DNA of 64,000 nucleotides from the NCBI GenBank assembly GCA_937934295.1, contig CALHAI010000004.1:58023-122022 (forward strand), written 5' to 3'. Of the stretch, positions 10,101 through 21,440 are shown in pieces. Within the stretch, counting starts at the first letter, position 1. Each line of letters begins with the position of its first letter. Origin of the DNA: an uncultured Blastocatellia bacterium (lineage in GTDB: Bacteria; Acidobacteriota; Blastocatellia; HR10). The notes under the pieces were generated by a model. It was not told where the DNA came from. It searched no databases and saw nothing but the letters and a program-made list of their open reading frames with translations. The position numbers were made by a program, and so were the translations under genes.

Positions 10101-11030
10101 ATGCGTAGGGGAAGAGGAGTTTATCGGCTCGCCCAGGTGACAGCGGGGGCGACGTTTGTGCTCCTTGTGCTCGGCGCCCTGGTGACGAGCAACGAAGCGG
10201 GCGATTCCGTGCCGGATTGGCCGACGGCATTCGGGCGATGGCTTCCCCTGGAGCAGATCGTCGGGAACGTCGTCTACGAGTATACGCATCGCGTTGTGGC
10301 GGCGACCGTAGGGTTCTTGACGCTCCTTCTGAACGTGGGGTTGTGGTGGAGGGAGAGGCGGGCGTGGGTGCGGTGGCTGGGACTTGTCGCCCTGTTGGCG
10401 GTCCTCGGACAGGCAGTGCTCGGTGGCGCGCGTGTCCTCTTCTTGGAATATCGGTTTGCCTTCGCGCTCGTTCACGCGTTCATGGCGCAGTTCTTTTTCG
10501 GTCTCACCGTGAGCTTAGCGGTGGTGACATCGCCGGGGTGGCTGCGGTTGGAACAGAGCCAAGCAGAGGTTCGCTTCCCGACATCTCTTCCTCGATGGTG
10601 CTGCGCGGCGATCGTCGGGCTCTTCGTTCAACTCTTGCTTGGCGCGGGATTTCGTCATCGAGGCATGGGGATTCTCCCCCATATCCTAGGAGCTGTTGGA
10701 GTGAGCGCGCTCATCCTCGCCAGCGTCTGGAACGTGCGAAGAGTGGTGCGAGAACATGGAGGGGAACTGCGCGTGCTCTCTCGTCCGGCGCTGTGGATCG
10801 CCGGATTACTCGGCGCGCAACTGGGGTTGGGCATCGCGGCTTATCTCGCGCGTCGCGCGGCGCGGTTCGATCCGCAGCCACTTGAGCCGATGGTCTCTCT
10901 CACCGTTGCGCATGTCGCCGGTGGCGCCTTGTTGCTCGCGGCTCTGCTCGTGCTCACGTGGCGGATATTTGGGCTCAGCGGGCTGAAGCGGACGACACCT
11001 GCCCTACAGTCGACCGTGGGGAAGATCTGA
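10101..11030 (+). CDS. ctaA: heme A synthase (COX15/CtaA family)
   Basis: GDSVPDWP, YEYTHR, conserved His residues, about 8 TM. Confidence 0.88.
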   Translation: MRRGRGVYRLAQVTAGATFVLLVLGALVTSNEAGDSVPDWPTAFGRWLPLEQIVGNVVYEYTHRVVAATVGFLTLLLNVGLWWRERRAWVRWLGLVALLAVLGQAVLGGARVLFLEYRFAFALVHAFMAQFFFGLTVSLAVVTSPGWLRLEQSQAEVRFPTSLPRWCCAAIVGLFVQLLLGAGFRHRGMGILPHILGAVGVSALILASVWNVRRVVREHGGELRVLSRPALWIAGLLGAQLGLGIAAYLARRAARFDPQPLEPMVSLTVAHVAGGALLLAALLVLTWRIFGLSGLKRTTPALQSTVGKI

Positions 11031-11950
11031 TGAGTGCGCCAAGCCTACGACTTCCCGTTCTCGAAGACCGGCAGCGGCATCCCATGCTGGCTGCGGTGTG
11101 GGCCTATCTCGAGCTGACGAAGCCGGACATCACGCTTCTTGTCGTCATCACGGCGGCAGCCTCCTTCTGGCTCGGAGCTCGGCACCCGGTAGACCGCCTT
11201 CCGTTGCTGCACGTGCTTGTTGGGATCACGGCGCTTTCCTCAGGTATCGGCGCCATGAATCACTACTTGGAGCGAGAGCGGGATGGACGGATGCACCGGA
11301 CGAAACGACGACCTCTGCCGAGCGGCCGATTGCGACCGCCTCACGCCTTGATCTTCGGCCTCGGTCTCTCGATCCTTGCCGAACTCTATCTGTTCTTTTT
11401 CCTCAATCCGCTGACGGCGCTCCTTGGCGCTTTGGCATTCGTGAGCTATCTCTTCGCCTATACCCCGTTGAAGACGCGGACGACCCTCTGTACGACGATC
11501 GGGGCTATTCCAGGCGCCATACCCGCCCTCATGGGGTGGACGGCCGCGCGCGATGAGATCCACGTCGGAGCGTGGATCCTCTTCGCCATTCTCTTCCTCT
11601 GGCAATTCCCCCATTTCTTCGCCATCGCGTGGGTGTATCGCGAGGACTATGCGCGCGGGGGAATTCGGATGCTTCCGGTCATGGACCCGGATGGCCAGCG
11701 CACGGGGCGACGGATCGTCCTCTATACGCTCTTGCTCGTAGGCGTCAGTGCCCTTCCGACGCTCTTCGGACTCTCGGGATCGCTCTACTTGATGGGGGCG
11801 CTCTTTCTCGGAGGATATTTCCTTTGGGAAAGTCTCCGTGCGGCGCGCACGCGCACGAGACGACATGCCCGTCGGGTCTTGAAGGCTTCGATCCTCTACT
11901 TACCGCTCCTTTTGGGCCTCATGTGCCTCGATCTCTCAGCTCTTCCGTGA
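11030..11950 (+). CDS. ctaB: protoheme IX farnesyltransferase (heme O synthase)
   Basis: ELTKP, NHYLERERDGRMHRTKRRPLPSG, YTPLK, LWQFPHF; TGATG overlap with ctaA. Confidence 0.95.
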   Translation: MSAPSLRLPVLEDRQRHPMLAAVWAYLELTKPDITLLVVITAAASFWLGARHPVDRLPLLHVLVGITALSSGIGAMNHYLERERDGRMHRTKRRPLPSGRLRPPHALIFGLGLSILAELYLFFFLNPLTALLGALAFVSYLFAYTPLKTRTTLCTTIGAIPGAIPALMGWTAARDEIHVGAWILFAILFLWQFPHFFAIAWVYREDYARGGIRMLPVMDPDGQRTGRRIVLYTLLLVGVSALPTLFGLSGSLYLMGALFLGGYFLWESLRAARTRTRRHARRVLKASILYLPLLLGLMCLDLSALP

Positions 11951-12227
11951 GAGAAGGGGCGTCAACCTTCCCGCCTCGATCCTCTGAGTGGTTCCAAAGC
12001 GTAAGGGCAAGCCAGAAGACGAGACCCAGGATGGCGACCGGGGGGATCAAGAGGGCGACGATGGCCGTGTTCAAAACCCTCGCGATCTCCTCCACGTGAG
12101 AAGAGCCGGCAACAGCTGTTCGACACATGGCGCATTGCGCCAGGATGGGGAAGAGTTCGCCACTGAGCCCGAGCGCGCCTCCGAGAAGAAGACTTTTCCT
12201 GAATCGGCCCCTCTCCATGCTCTTCAT
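11919..12227 (-). CDS. small membrane protein with AQCAMC motif, last gene of the oxidase operon
   Basis: ATGA-coupled to subunit IV; signal-like segment, CxxC, one TM helix. Confidence 0.7.
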   Translation of the reverse strand: MKSMERGRFRKSLLLGGALGLSGELFPILAQCAMCRTAVAGSSHVEEIARVLNTAIVALLIPPVAILGLVFWLALTLWNHSEDRGGKVDAPSLTEELRDRGT

Positions 12228-12535
12228 CGAACGGCCAATCGCAGCGCGCGCATGCCGTCGGGGAAGAAGACCGTAAGCAGTGTGATACAGAGCACCATCG
12301 CGGGAATCAGCGTGACGACCAGATTCAACCGCTCGAAGCGCAGATGCATGAAATGAGCCAGGATGAGCGCCGCCTTGACGATCGAGAGACCCATCAGGAG
12401 AAAGAGCATCAATCCGATCGGCAGATGAAAGTACGCGAGCGTGACCTCGATGGCCGTGAGCACGAGCAGCCAGACCCATGTCAGGACGTAGAGTTTCGGA
12501 CCCGTCTCGACATGTCCGGCATGTGTGATCTCCAT
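12224..12535 (-). CDS. ctaF: cytochrome c oxidase subunit IV
   Basis: LLVLTAIEV...KAALILAHFMHLRFE, 3 TM. Confidence 0.88.
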   Translation of the reverse strand: MEITHAGHVETGPKLYVLTWVWLLVLTAIEVTLAYFHLPIGLMLFLLMGLSIVKAALILAHFMHLRFERLNLVVTLIPAMVLCITLLTVFFPDGMRALRLAVR

Positions 12536-12549
12536 AAGGCCTGCCTCCT

Positions 12550-13179
<630 letters not shown>

Positions 13180-13184
13180 CGGCA

Positions 13185-13862
13185 TCACCTCCAGAGGAAG
13201 AGCAGAATGAAGAGATACACCCACAACCCGTCCATGAAATGCCAGTACAGGGCCGCCGCACTCACCAAGGCGTTGTAGTGCTTCAGGCGGTCAGGCGTTC
13301 CCATTAAGATCAAGCGCCGGTGCCAACCGCGCGACGTGATGTATCCCAGTCCACAGATTCCCCCGAGGATGTGGACGCCGTGCGCCGCCGTCAGCAGATA
13401 GAAGAACGAGCTGTGCGGATTCGTGTTCAGATAAATACCTTGAGCAGCCAATTGCCGCCACGCACCATATTGACCGGCGAGGAAGAGCAGACCCAGGGCC
13501 ATCGTCACCGAGAGTCCTCGCAAGCCCTCCCGCACCGCTCCGTGCCGGAGAAAGAGACGCGAACGATGTAACGTCGCGCTGCTCGCCAACAGCACGAGCG
13601 TATTCGCCCACAGGATCGTCGGCGGATCGAGCGGCTGCCAATCTCCGCCAAGCCCTTGTCGCACGATGTACGCGCTCGTGAATCCGAGGAACAACATGCC
13701 GATCGAGGCGAGCGCGAAGAACATGGCCAAGCGGTAACCTCCTTCGGGCAAGCTCGGAGGGCGCTCTCCACCTCTCCGTCCGCCATCATCGGGGCGACCC
13801 GGCGGTCGCGAGCCGACGGCGATCCTCTCAATATCCGTGAGCGAAGTGATCGTCTTGGCCAT
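13185..13862 (-). CDS. ctaE: cytochrome c oxidase subunit III (first copy)
   Basis: FFYLLTAAHGVHI, LYWHFMDGLW. Confidence 0.9.
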   Translation of the reverse strand: MAKTITSLTDIERIAVGSRPPGRPDDGGRRGGERPPSLPEGGYRLAMFFALASIGMLFLGFTSAYIVRQGLGGDWQPLDPPTILWANTLVLLASSATLHRSRLFLRHGAVREGLRGLSVTMALGLLFLAGQYGAWRQLAAQGIYLNTNPHSSFFYLLTAAHGVHILGGICGLGYITSRGWHRRLILMGTPDRLKHYNALVSAAALYWHFMDGLWVYLFILLFLWR

Positions 13863-13866
13863 CGTC

Positions 13867-15630
13867 CTAGGACTTCGCGGGCGCCGGCGGGGCCGTCTGA
13901 AGGAGGTAATCCTCAGCCGCTCCCGGCACGCTGTACTCATACGGACCATGATGGACGACGGGCGTCTGCGGCCCAAAGTTGTCATGCGGCGGTGGAGAGG
14001 GAACCGTCCATTCAAGCGTCGTCGCGCGCCAGGGGTTCGTCTCCGCTTTCTGGCCCTTCCAGATGGACCAGAAGAAGTTGAAGAAGAAGAGCAATTGCGC
14101 CCCCGCCGTGATCAAAGCCGCAATCGTGATGAAGACGTGAATGGGCTGTAAGGGCGTGAGGAAGTCGAAGCCCACCGTCTCCGCATATCGCCGCGGATGT
14201 CCGGCGATCCCCAAGATGTGCATCGGGATGAAGATAGCATAGATGCCGATGAACGTGAGCCAGAAATGGAGCTTCCCGAGCGTGTCGTTCATCATGCGGC
14301 CGAACATCTTCGGGAACCAGTAATACGTCCCCGCGAAGATGCCAAAGATCGCCGCAACGCCCATGATGAGGTGAAAATGCGCCACGACGAAGTACGTATC
14401 GTGCATCAGGATATCGAGCGATGTCTGTCCCAGAATGATGCCCGAGAGCCCGCCGGTGACGAAGATCGAGACGAAGCCGAGGGCGAAGAGCATGGGGACG
14501 GTGAAGCGAATCCGCGCCTTGTAGAGCGTCGCCAACCAGTTGAACGTCTTGATCGCCGAGGGCACGCCGATTGACAGCGTCAGGAGCGAAAAAGCGATCG
14601 CCGAATACGGGCTCATCCCACTCACGAACATATGGTGGCCCCACACTAGGAAGCCAAGTAGGCCGATGGCGAAGATCGCCGTGACCATCGCGCGATAACC
14701 GAAGATCGGCTTGCGGGCGAACGTGGAGAGGACGTGCGATGTGATCCCCATGCCCGGGAGGATCGCGATATAGACCTCAGGATGCCCGAAGAACCAGAAG
14801 AGATGCTGCCAAAGTAGCGGCGAACCGCCTTTGTGCGGCAGGATCTGATCACTGACAATGAGCCCGCCGGGAACGAAGAAGCTCGTCCCTGCCACGCGAT
14901 CCAGAAGCAGCAGGATGCCCCCGGCCAGCAGCACCGGGAAGGCCAGAAGCGCGAGCACGGCCGTCGTGAACCACGCCCAAACGGTCAGCGGGAGCCGCGT
15001 CATCGCCATGCCCTTGGTGCGGAGATTGAGCGTCGTCGTGATGAAGTTCAACGCGCCCAGGAGCGACGCGATGCAGAAGAGGGCGATGCTGAGGATCCAC
15101 AGATTCTGCCCCATGCCAAGTCCGGGTCCGGCGATCTCCCCAATAGCGCTCAACGGCGCATAAGCCGTCCATCCGGAGATCGGTGCCCCACCCGAGACGA
15201 AGAACGCCGCCATCAGCACGAGAAATCCGGCCAGTGTGACCCAGAAGGAGAGCATGTTCAAGACGGGAAAAGCCATGTCGTGCGCCCCAACTTGAATGGG
15301 CAGGAAGTAATTCCCGAATCCCCCAAGCGGCGCCGTCGTCAGCACGAAGAAGACCATGATCGTTCCATGCATCGTCACAAGCGAGAGATAGAACTCGGGG
15401 CTGATCGTCCCTCCCGCCATCGCGTTCGGGAAGAGCTTCGCCAAAAGTGGCCAGCGTTCCGTCGGCCACGCCAACCGCAAGCGCATGTAGAGCGACAGAA
15501 CGATCCCGATCGCGACAGCCGCCAGGGCCAAAAAGAGATACTGCAACCCGATCACTTTGTGATCGGTGCTGAAGATGTAACGTCGGATGAAGCCCTTCGG
15601 CGCCTCATGCGTCGCAACGGCCTGCCTCAT
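13867..15630 (-). CDS. ctaD: cytochrome c oxidase subunit I (A1 type)
   Basis: STDHKVIG, WFFGHPEVY, WGHHMF, HDTYFVVAHFH. Confidence 0.97.
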   Translation of the reverse strand: MRQAVATHEAPKGFIRRYIFSTDHKVIGLQYLFLALAAVAIGIVLSLYMRLRLAWPTERWPLLAKLFPNAMAGGTISPEFYLSLVTMHGTIMVFFVLTTAPLGGFGNYFLPIQVGAHDMAFPVLNMLSFWVTLAGFLVLMAAFFVSGGAPISGWTAYAPLSAIGEIAGPGLGMGQNLWILSIALFCIASLLGALNFITTTLNLRTKGMAMTRLPLTVWAWFTTAVLALLAFPVLLAGGILLLLDRVAGTSFFVPGGLIVSDQILPHKGGSPLLWQHLFWFFGHPEVYIAILPGMGITSHVLSTFARKPIFGYRAMVTAIFAIGLLGFLVWGHHMFVSGMSPYSAIAFSLLTLSIGVPSAIKTFNWLATLYKARIRFTVPMLFALGFVSIFVTGGLSGIILGQTSLDILMHDTYFVVAHFHLIMGVAAIFGIFAGTYYWFPKMFGRMMNDTLGKLHFWLTFIGIYAIFIPMHILGIAGHPRRYAETVGFDFLTPLQPIHVFITIAALITAGAQLLFFFNFFWSIWKGQKAETNPWRATTLEWTVPSPPPHDNFGPQTPVVHHGPYEYSVPGAAEDYLLQTAPPAPAKS

Positions 15631-15728
15631 CGCCTTCCCTCCTCACTCGTATCCTGATCCCCGTGCGCACCCCAAAAGGCGCGTTGATGGCGCGCCCGTC
15701 CTTTCCTCACTCTCGCTTGGCTCTCGCA

Positions 15729-16523
15729 TCACGGACTCGCTCGCTGCTGTAACCACCTCTCGAATTCCGGTTCGGGGAGGACCAAGAGGAATCCCCGCAT
15801 CCGATGGTGAGTGAGTCCGCAGAGCTCCGCACAAGCGATCTCGAACTGACCCGTCTTTACCGCTTTGAAGTGAATGTTGATGGCCAACCCCGGAACAGCA
15901 TCCTGCTTCATCCGTAAGGGCGGAACCCAAAAGCTGTGGATCACGTCCTTCGAGCGCAAGACGACGTGGATGTCTCGGTTCACCGGGATGGCCATCTGGT
16001 TCACCGTCACGATGTCATCGTGAGCGGCGGGATCGCTCAGGTCCAAGCCGACGGGATTATCCACATCATTGATCAGATCCGTCCGCGTCCGACCGAATTT
16101 TCCGTCCGGACCGGGATATCGGATGTTCCATACGAACTGCTGCGCCGTGACCTCGACCTGAAGCGCACCCGGAGGCGGCGCATTCAGATGGAGCTTGGCC
16201 CATACGCGTTGTCCGAGAACGGCAAGAGAGAGGAAGACGACGGCCGTGATCGTCGTCCAGAGGACTTCGAGCCGTGGGCTGTCGTGCCAATAGCTAGCCC
16301 GTTCCTCCCCCTGTCGCCGATACCGGACGATGAAGAAAGCGAGCATCACTTGAGCCAAGGCGAACGCGATCCCAATGATCGTGAGCGTGAGCATGAACTG
16401 CCGGTCAATGCTCGGGCCATGTTCGGAGATCGCTTCGGGGAACCACCAAAAACGTCCGGCGAACATGATGACTGTACCCAGGGTAATCACCCCGATGACC
16501 AACGCCAAGGCAAATCCCATCAT
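15729..16523 (-). CDS. ctaC: cytochrome c oxidase subunit II
   Basis: DVIHSFW and CAELCGLTHHRM CuA motif; no fused cytochrome c domain. Confidence 0.95.
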   Translation of the reverse strand: MMGFALALVIGVITLGTVIMFAGRFWWFPEAISEHGPSIDRQFMLTLTIIGIAFALAQVMLAFFIVRYRRQGEERASYWHDSPRLEVLWTTITAVVFLSLAVLGQRVWAKLHLNAPPPGALQVEVTAQQFVWNIRYPGPDGKFGRTRTDLINDVDNPVGLDLSDPAAHDDIVTVNQMAIPVNRDIHVVLRSKDVIHSFWVPPLRMKQDAVPGLAINIHFKAVKTGQFEIACAELCGLTHHRMRGFLLVLPEPEFERWLQQRASP

Positions 16524-16564
16524 TTGACCTCGCCCTGCCCGTTCTCGCCCTGCTGAAGGCCCCT

Positions 16565-16594
16565 TGTATAGCACGACTCGAATGGCCTTGTCAA
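16565..16594 (-). promoter_or_regulatory. putative promoter of the oxidase operon
   Basis: TTGACA-N18-TATACA with extended TGn -10 on the minus strand. Confidence 0.5.
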
Positions 16595-16712
16595 CCGATC
16601 AAAACGGGCAGGCCGTGGCGAGGCCGAGAGCGCTTCAGGCCCAGGCCCATGTATGCTAAACTGGGAACGCCGCGCGCGCCGGAGACGTAGGATCACTGGG
16701 GAGGTCAGGCCT

Positions 16713-17669
16713 ATGGAGAACATCGAAGGTCTCGACGCTTTGAAGCGCGCTCTCTCGCGGAAAGCCCGCGAGCTGGACGAGCGCTATCGCCTTCGGGAGA
16801 AGCTCACGAATATGGCGGCCACCGTGACCTCGGCTGCGCAAAAGAGCGCGGATCTTTTGGCCGATGGGCTTGAAGCCGCTCGTCAACGGATCGAAGGTTC
16901 GGAAGTCCGTGCCGGGGTTCGCGAGGATGTGGAGCGGACGGTGGAGGAGATTCGAGAGGGAGTCGAAGCGGCGGCCCACGCGGCGCGCGAGAAGGCGGAA
17001 GCGTTCGCCCGCCGGATCGAAACGGAATATCGTCGTGTGGAGACGGTCGCGCGCGCCTTCGATCGCGCGACCCGCGCCGAGGAACATTTGCGCTCGGGAT
17101 GGGAGCGCGTGCGCGCCTGGATCGCACAGAATCCGGGGAAGACGGCGGCCCTCACATTCTCCTTCATCGCGGGCGTGCGAGCCGGAAGCGCCTTTCCGCA
17201 TCTGGGAGCCGCATTGCTCGGCGTCGGCGGAGCGCATCACTGGTTCTTCCACAGCGCGCTCGCTCCGTATGGATTGCGGCGCCTCACGGAGATGTATCTG
17301 GCCTATCTGCAGGAGCAGGAACGACTCCTGGCCGATGGGCGAATGGCGGAGGCCGAGCGGGCGCGGCTCGAGTTTCAACGGGCGGTCACGCGATATGTCG
17401 GAGCGCCGCTGCTTGGCGTCTTCAGCATCACGTTGGGGGGGACGCTCATCGCCGAAAGTCTCTCTCCGGCGCGACTCACCGGAGCTCCCATTGAACTGAT
17501 CTTCGGCGGCAATCCGATCCTGGACAGCCTCTGGCTCTTCTCCAACGGTCTCATCTGCCTCCATAATGGCGTGCGCTTTTTCTTGATCGCTTTCGCGGAA
17601 GATGAGGACGTGCACCGAGTTGTTCGGGAGATTCGCGGCATGCTCCCCACGTTGGAGAGGCGTGCCTGA
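16713..17669 (+). CDS. hypothetical protein: long helical N-terminus plus membrane C-terminal domain
   Basis: GGGAGG RBS; charged amphipathic region, then QNPGKTAALTFSFIAG and further TM segments. Confidence 0.8.
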   Translation: MENIEGLDALKRALSRKARELDERYRLREKLTNMAATVTSAAQKSADLLADGLEAARQRIEGSEVRAGVREDVERTVEEIREGVEAAAHAAREKAEAFARRIETEYRRVETVARAFDRATRAEEHLRSGWERVRAWIAQNPGKTAALTFSFIAGVRAGSAFPHLGAALLGVGGAHHWFFHSALAPYGLRRLTEMYLAYLQEQERLLADGRMAEAERARLEFQRAVTRYVGAPLLGVFSITLGGTLIAESLSPARLTGAPIELIFGGNPILDSLWLFSNGLICLHNGVRFFLIAFAEDEDVHRVVREIRGMLPTLERRA

Positions 17670-17674
17670 CGGAT

Positions 17675-18676
17675 TCATGCGAGGGTCGCGCGAACCCTCC
17701 CGACGGCCTCCACGATGACGCGCAGCTTCGCGATCGCTTCTTCGACCGTGCGCGTCTTCAAGCCGCAGTCGGGATCAATCCACAGAGCCTCGGCCGGCAC
17801 GACCTCCAAACCCTGCCGGATGCGCGCCACGACCGTCTCCACGTCTTCGATCACATGCGAATGCACGTCCACGACGCCGAAGCTCAAGTCCTTCGTGAAT
17901 GGAGAACGCTTGAAGTGCTCCAGCAGGTCGAGATTACTGTTGGACATTTCCAGATCGAAATTGTCCACCGGCAGCGCGAGCATCTCCGGATAGATCTTCT
18001 CGAAGGCTCCGTAGCAGGCGTGGCTGATGAAATAGGCCGGAAGCCCATCGGTCACCATCTGCAACGCTTCGCGCGCAAGGGGCAATTCCTGAGGGCGGAC
18101 CGAGAGCGCCGGCTCGTCAATCTGAATGATCCGCGCGCCCGCTTCGATCAAAGCTTCGACCTCCTTCCGAATCTCGCGCGCGAGGGCCAGGCACGTCGCT
18201 CGGCGGTCGGGGTAGTATTCATTGAAGCACCAGTCCATGACCGTGTACGGGCCGGTGAGCATGCCCTTGACCGGCTTTGCGGTCAAGCTCTGGGCGAAGC
18301 GCCACCAGGAGACCGTGATCGGCCGCTCCCATTTCACCTTGGAGACGATGATCGGCTTCCGATAGTACCGGTTCCCATAAGAGCGGACGAAGCCACCGAT
18401 CTCGAAGCCACGCATGTTCTCAGCGAAGTAGGTGACCATGTCCCCACGATATTGTTCGCCATCCACGAGGACGTCAATCCCCAACTCCTCTTGCGTGCGA
18501 ATCCAGAATTCGGTCGCGCGGCGTTCGAGGCGCTCTACCTCGTCGCGCGAGATGAGGCCTCGCGCCCATCGGGTGCGGGCCTGTTGCAGCTCATCGGGCT
18601 TTGGGAAACTGCCGACGGACGTCGTCGGCAGAAGTGGAAGGTCAAGGCCCAGAGCGCGCAGTTTCTCTCTGCTCAT
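17675..18676 (-). CDS. metE: cobalamin-independent methionine synthase, catalytic (C-terminal barrel) subunit
   Basis: PTTSVGSFPKP, DVLVDGE, KGMLTGP, IQIDEP, Zn ligands HAC...E...PDCG. Confidence 0.93.
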   Translation of the reverse strand: MSREKLRALGLDLPLLPTTSVGSFPKPDELQQARTRWARGLISRDEVERLERRATEFWIRTQEELGIDVLVDGEQYRGDMVTYFAENMRGFEIGGFVRSYGNRYYRKPIIVSKVKWERPITVSWWRFAQSLTAKPVKGMLTGPYTVMDWCFNEYYPDRRATCLALAREIRKEVEALIEAGARIIQIDEPALSVRPQELPLAREALQMVTDGLPAYFISHACYGAFEKIYPEMLALPVDNFDLEMSNSNLDLLEHFKRSPFTKDLSFGVVDVHSHVIEDVETVVARIRQGLEVVPAEALWIDPDCGLKTRTVEEAIAKLRVIVEAVGRVRATLA

Positions 18677-19653
18677 CGTTTGAACCTCAGGCCGATGCGG
18701 ACCAAGTGTTGGAGTTTCCGAAACGCGCGATCGCGCGGCAGGAACTCCAGCCCTGTCGAGGGGTTCAAATACGCCACCTCGCTGCGAATGGCCGGGAGCA
18801 GTCGCTCGAGCGCCGCAGCGACCTCGGCCTCCGGCTCCAACTTCGTATTCCGTCCGTCGATGAGGCCGAGGCCGAGCGCTTTGGCCGACCCCTCAACGGC
18901 GATTCGATCTATAAGCTGTGGGCTGGAGGTGAAGTCCAGACCGAGGACATCAACGGGGAGGTCCTGGAGCCGTTCGTAGAAGGACGAGACATCGCCGAAG
19001 GAGATGTAGAGGGCCAGACGGGCTGTCCCCTTCGCGCGCGCGAGCGCGCAAATCCCCGCAGCGAAGAGGTCAAAGTTGGCGCCGTCGAGCACGATCGCGG
19101 GTTCATCCACCTGAATGAGCTCGGCGCCAGCCGCCGCCAGATCGGCGATTTCCTCGGCCAAGATCGTCGCATAGTCCTCGACCCGTCGCTCCAAGTCACG
19201 ATACTCCATCCGCTCAACCAACGAGAAGACGGCCAACGTATAGGGACCCGTCAAGACGGGCTTCACCGGCCGCGAGGAGATCGAACAGGCATATCGATAC
19301 TCTTCGATGAGAATCGGACGTTCCCGAACGAGGCGATCCACCAGGATTGGCTGACGGAAGTAGAAGTTCGTATCGAAGTAGCGAAGGAGGCCGTTGATCT
19401 TCGTCCCTCTGAGCTTCCCCGCGATGTGGGAGATCGGATCGTACCACCGGATTTGCCCATCGGTCACCAGATCGAGCCCCGCTTCGATCTGTTCGGCGAT
19501 GGCGCGACGGACCATCTCGTCTTCGGCACGACGAATATCGGCTTCGGTCACTTCCTGGCGATCGAAGCGGGCGAGCGTTTGGCGCAGGATTTGCAATTCG
19601 GGAGTATCGCCGATGCGCGGATAGCTGCCGGCATTGGTCAGGCTCAGATTCAT
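18673..19653 (-). CDS. MetE N-terminal-barrel-like subunit (non-catalytic)
   Basis: [35 protein letters not shown]; lacks Zn ligands (NPSTGL). Confidence 0.88.
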   Translation of the reverse strand: MNLSLTNAGSYPRIGDTPELQILRQTLARFDRQEVTEADIRRAEDEMVRRAIAEQIEAGLDLVTDGQIRWYDPISHIAGKLRGTKINGLLRYFDTNFYFRQPILVDRLVRERPILIEEYRYACSISSRPVKPVLTGPYTLAVFSLVERMEYRDLERRVEDYATILAEEIADLAAAGAELIQVDEPAIVLDGANFDLFAAGICALARAKGTARLALYISFGDVSSFYERLQDLPVDVLGLDFTSSPQLIDRIAVEGSAKALGLGLIDGRNTKLEPEAEVAAALERLLPAIRSEVAYLNPSTGLEFLPRDRAFRKLQHLVRIGLRFKR

Positions 19654-21380
19654 CGAGCGAGCACCTCGCGAGTCTCTTCTTCGATGATCTTGCGGATGCG
19701 CGTGAGGGCGGTCTCCAGCGCGACGTCCTCGACCGCTCGGGTCCGGCGGCGGAGGATCTCGACCTGACCGCGCGCGAGCTTCTGCGGGCCAATGGTCACG
19801 CGAATCGGGATGCCGATGAGGTCCGCATCTTTGAATTTCACGCCCGCGCGCTCGTCACGATCGTCATACAGGACCTCGATATTCGCCGCCAGCAGGTCGG
19901 TGTAGAGTCGCTCGGCGGCCGCGCGCTGCGCCGCGTCGGCCATGTTCACGGGAACGAGGATGACTTGAAAAGGCGCGATCGTGATCGGCCAGATGATGCC
20001 CTCTGCGTCGTGAGAGAGTTCGACGGCTGCGGCCATGACGCGCTCGACGCCGATGCCATAGCTCCCCATGACGAGCGGCACGGCCTTCCCCTCCTGATTC
20101 AGGACGTAGGCGCCCATGGACTCGCTGTAGCGCGTGCCGAGTTTGAAGATGTGGCCGATCTCCAACCCCTTCCGAACAGTCAGCGTCCCCTCGCACTGCG
20201 GGCAGCCTTCGCCCATCTTCACCAGACGCAGATCGGCCCACTTCGTCACGCGGATGTCACGCTCCACATCCACGCCTCGCAGGTGGAAATCATCGCGATT
20301 GGCGCCAGTGACCATGTTGCGGCGTCCCCGCAGTGCGAAATCGGCCAAGATCGGATAGGCCGTGACGCCGACGGCCCCAATGCTCCCCGGATAGGCGCCC
20401 AACGCGGCCTTGATCTCCTCCGGATGCGCCGGACGGATGTGCATCGCGCCGGTTGCCTCAACCAGTTTCGTCTCGTTCAGCTCGTGATCGCCGCGCAGCA
20501 GAAGGAGCGTGAACTGATCGTCCAGGAAATAGGCGAGCGTCTTGATCTGCCGATCGGCCGGAGCACCACCGGGGAAGTCCTCCAGATCTTTGATCGTGCG
20601 CACGCCCGGGGTCGGGAACATCTCCGGCACCGGGAGCCCATCCGCATCCGCGATGTCCAGGATGCGGGAGGTCGCTTTCTCCGTGTTGGCCGCGTAACCG
20701 CACGCCTCGCAAAGTGCAATGTGGTCTTCGCCGGCGTCGGTGAGGACCATGAATTCGGCCGATTCCTGCCCCCCCATCGCTCCGGAAGACGCGTGGACGA
20801 CGAGATACTTCAAGCCGCACCGGTCGAAGATGCGACAGTACGCCTCGTACTGATTCCGGTAGGCGCGGTCGAGTCCCTCCCAGTCGAGATCGAAGGTGTA
20901 GGCATCCTTCATGATGAACTCGCGAACGCGCAGGACGCCCGAACGCGGACGCGGTTCGTCGCGGAATTTCGTCTGAATCTGATACCACACCTGGGGCAGT
21001 TGCTTATAGGAGCGCAATTCGTGACGTGCGATCGCCGTGAAGACCTCCTCGTGCGTCATGCCCAGGCAGAGCTCACTCCCTCGCCGATCACGCAGGCGGA
21101 ACATGTTCTCGCCCATGATCTCCCAGCGCCCGGATTCTTTCCATAACTCCGCCGGATGGAGGGCGGGCAGGTGGAATTCTTGTCCGCCGATGCGATTCAT
21201 CTCCTCACGAATGATCGTCATGATCTTCTGCATGACGCGCCAGGCCAGCGGCAAGAAGCTGTAGAGGCCCGAGGCGAGCTGCCGGATCATCCCCGCCCGC
21301 AGCAGCAGTTGATGGCTGACGACTTCGGCGTCCGCCGGAGTCTCGCGCACAGTCGGAATGAACGACTTCGACCACCGCAT
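19650..21380 (-). CDS. proS: proline--tRNA ligase
   Basis: [33 protein letters not shown]; editing insertion. Confidence 0.97.
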   Translation of the reverse strand: MRWSKSFIPTVRETPADAEVVSHQLLLRAGMIRQLASGLYSFLPLAWRVMQKIMTIIREEMNRIGGQEFHLPALHPAELWKESGRWEIMGENMFRLRDRRGSELCLGMTHEEVFTAIARHELRSYKQLPQVWYQIQTKFRDEPRPRSGVLRVREFIMKDAYTFDLDWEGLDRAYRNQYEAYCRIFDRCGLKYLVVHASSGAMGGQESAEFMVLTDAGEDHIALCEACGYAANTEKATSRILDIADADGLPVPEMFPTPGVRTIKDLEDFPGGAPADRQIKTLAYFLDDQFTLLLLRGDHELNETKLVEATGAMHIRPAHPEEIKAALGAYPGSIGAVGVTAYPILADFALRGRRNMVTGANRDDFHLRGVDVERDIRVTKWADLRLVKMGEGCPQCEGTLTVRKGLEIGHIFKLGTRYSESMGAYVLNQEGKAVPLVMGSYGIGVERVMAAAVELSHDAEGIIWPITIAPFQVILVPVNMADAAQRAAAERLYTDLLAANIEVLYDDRDERAGVKFKDADLIGIPIRVTIGPQKLARGQVEILRRRTRAVEDVALETALTRIRKIIEEETREVLAR

Positions 21381-21440
21381 AGACCCCCCTCCGCCTTCCA
21401 CGGCGAGTCAAGATATTTTACGCGAGCGACGGCGATTTGC

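Noticed and set aside
15643-15729. 28-aa ORF between oxidase subunits II and I (TGATG overlap)
   Set aside because: No SD, hydrophobicity or motif; probably incidental
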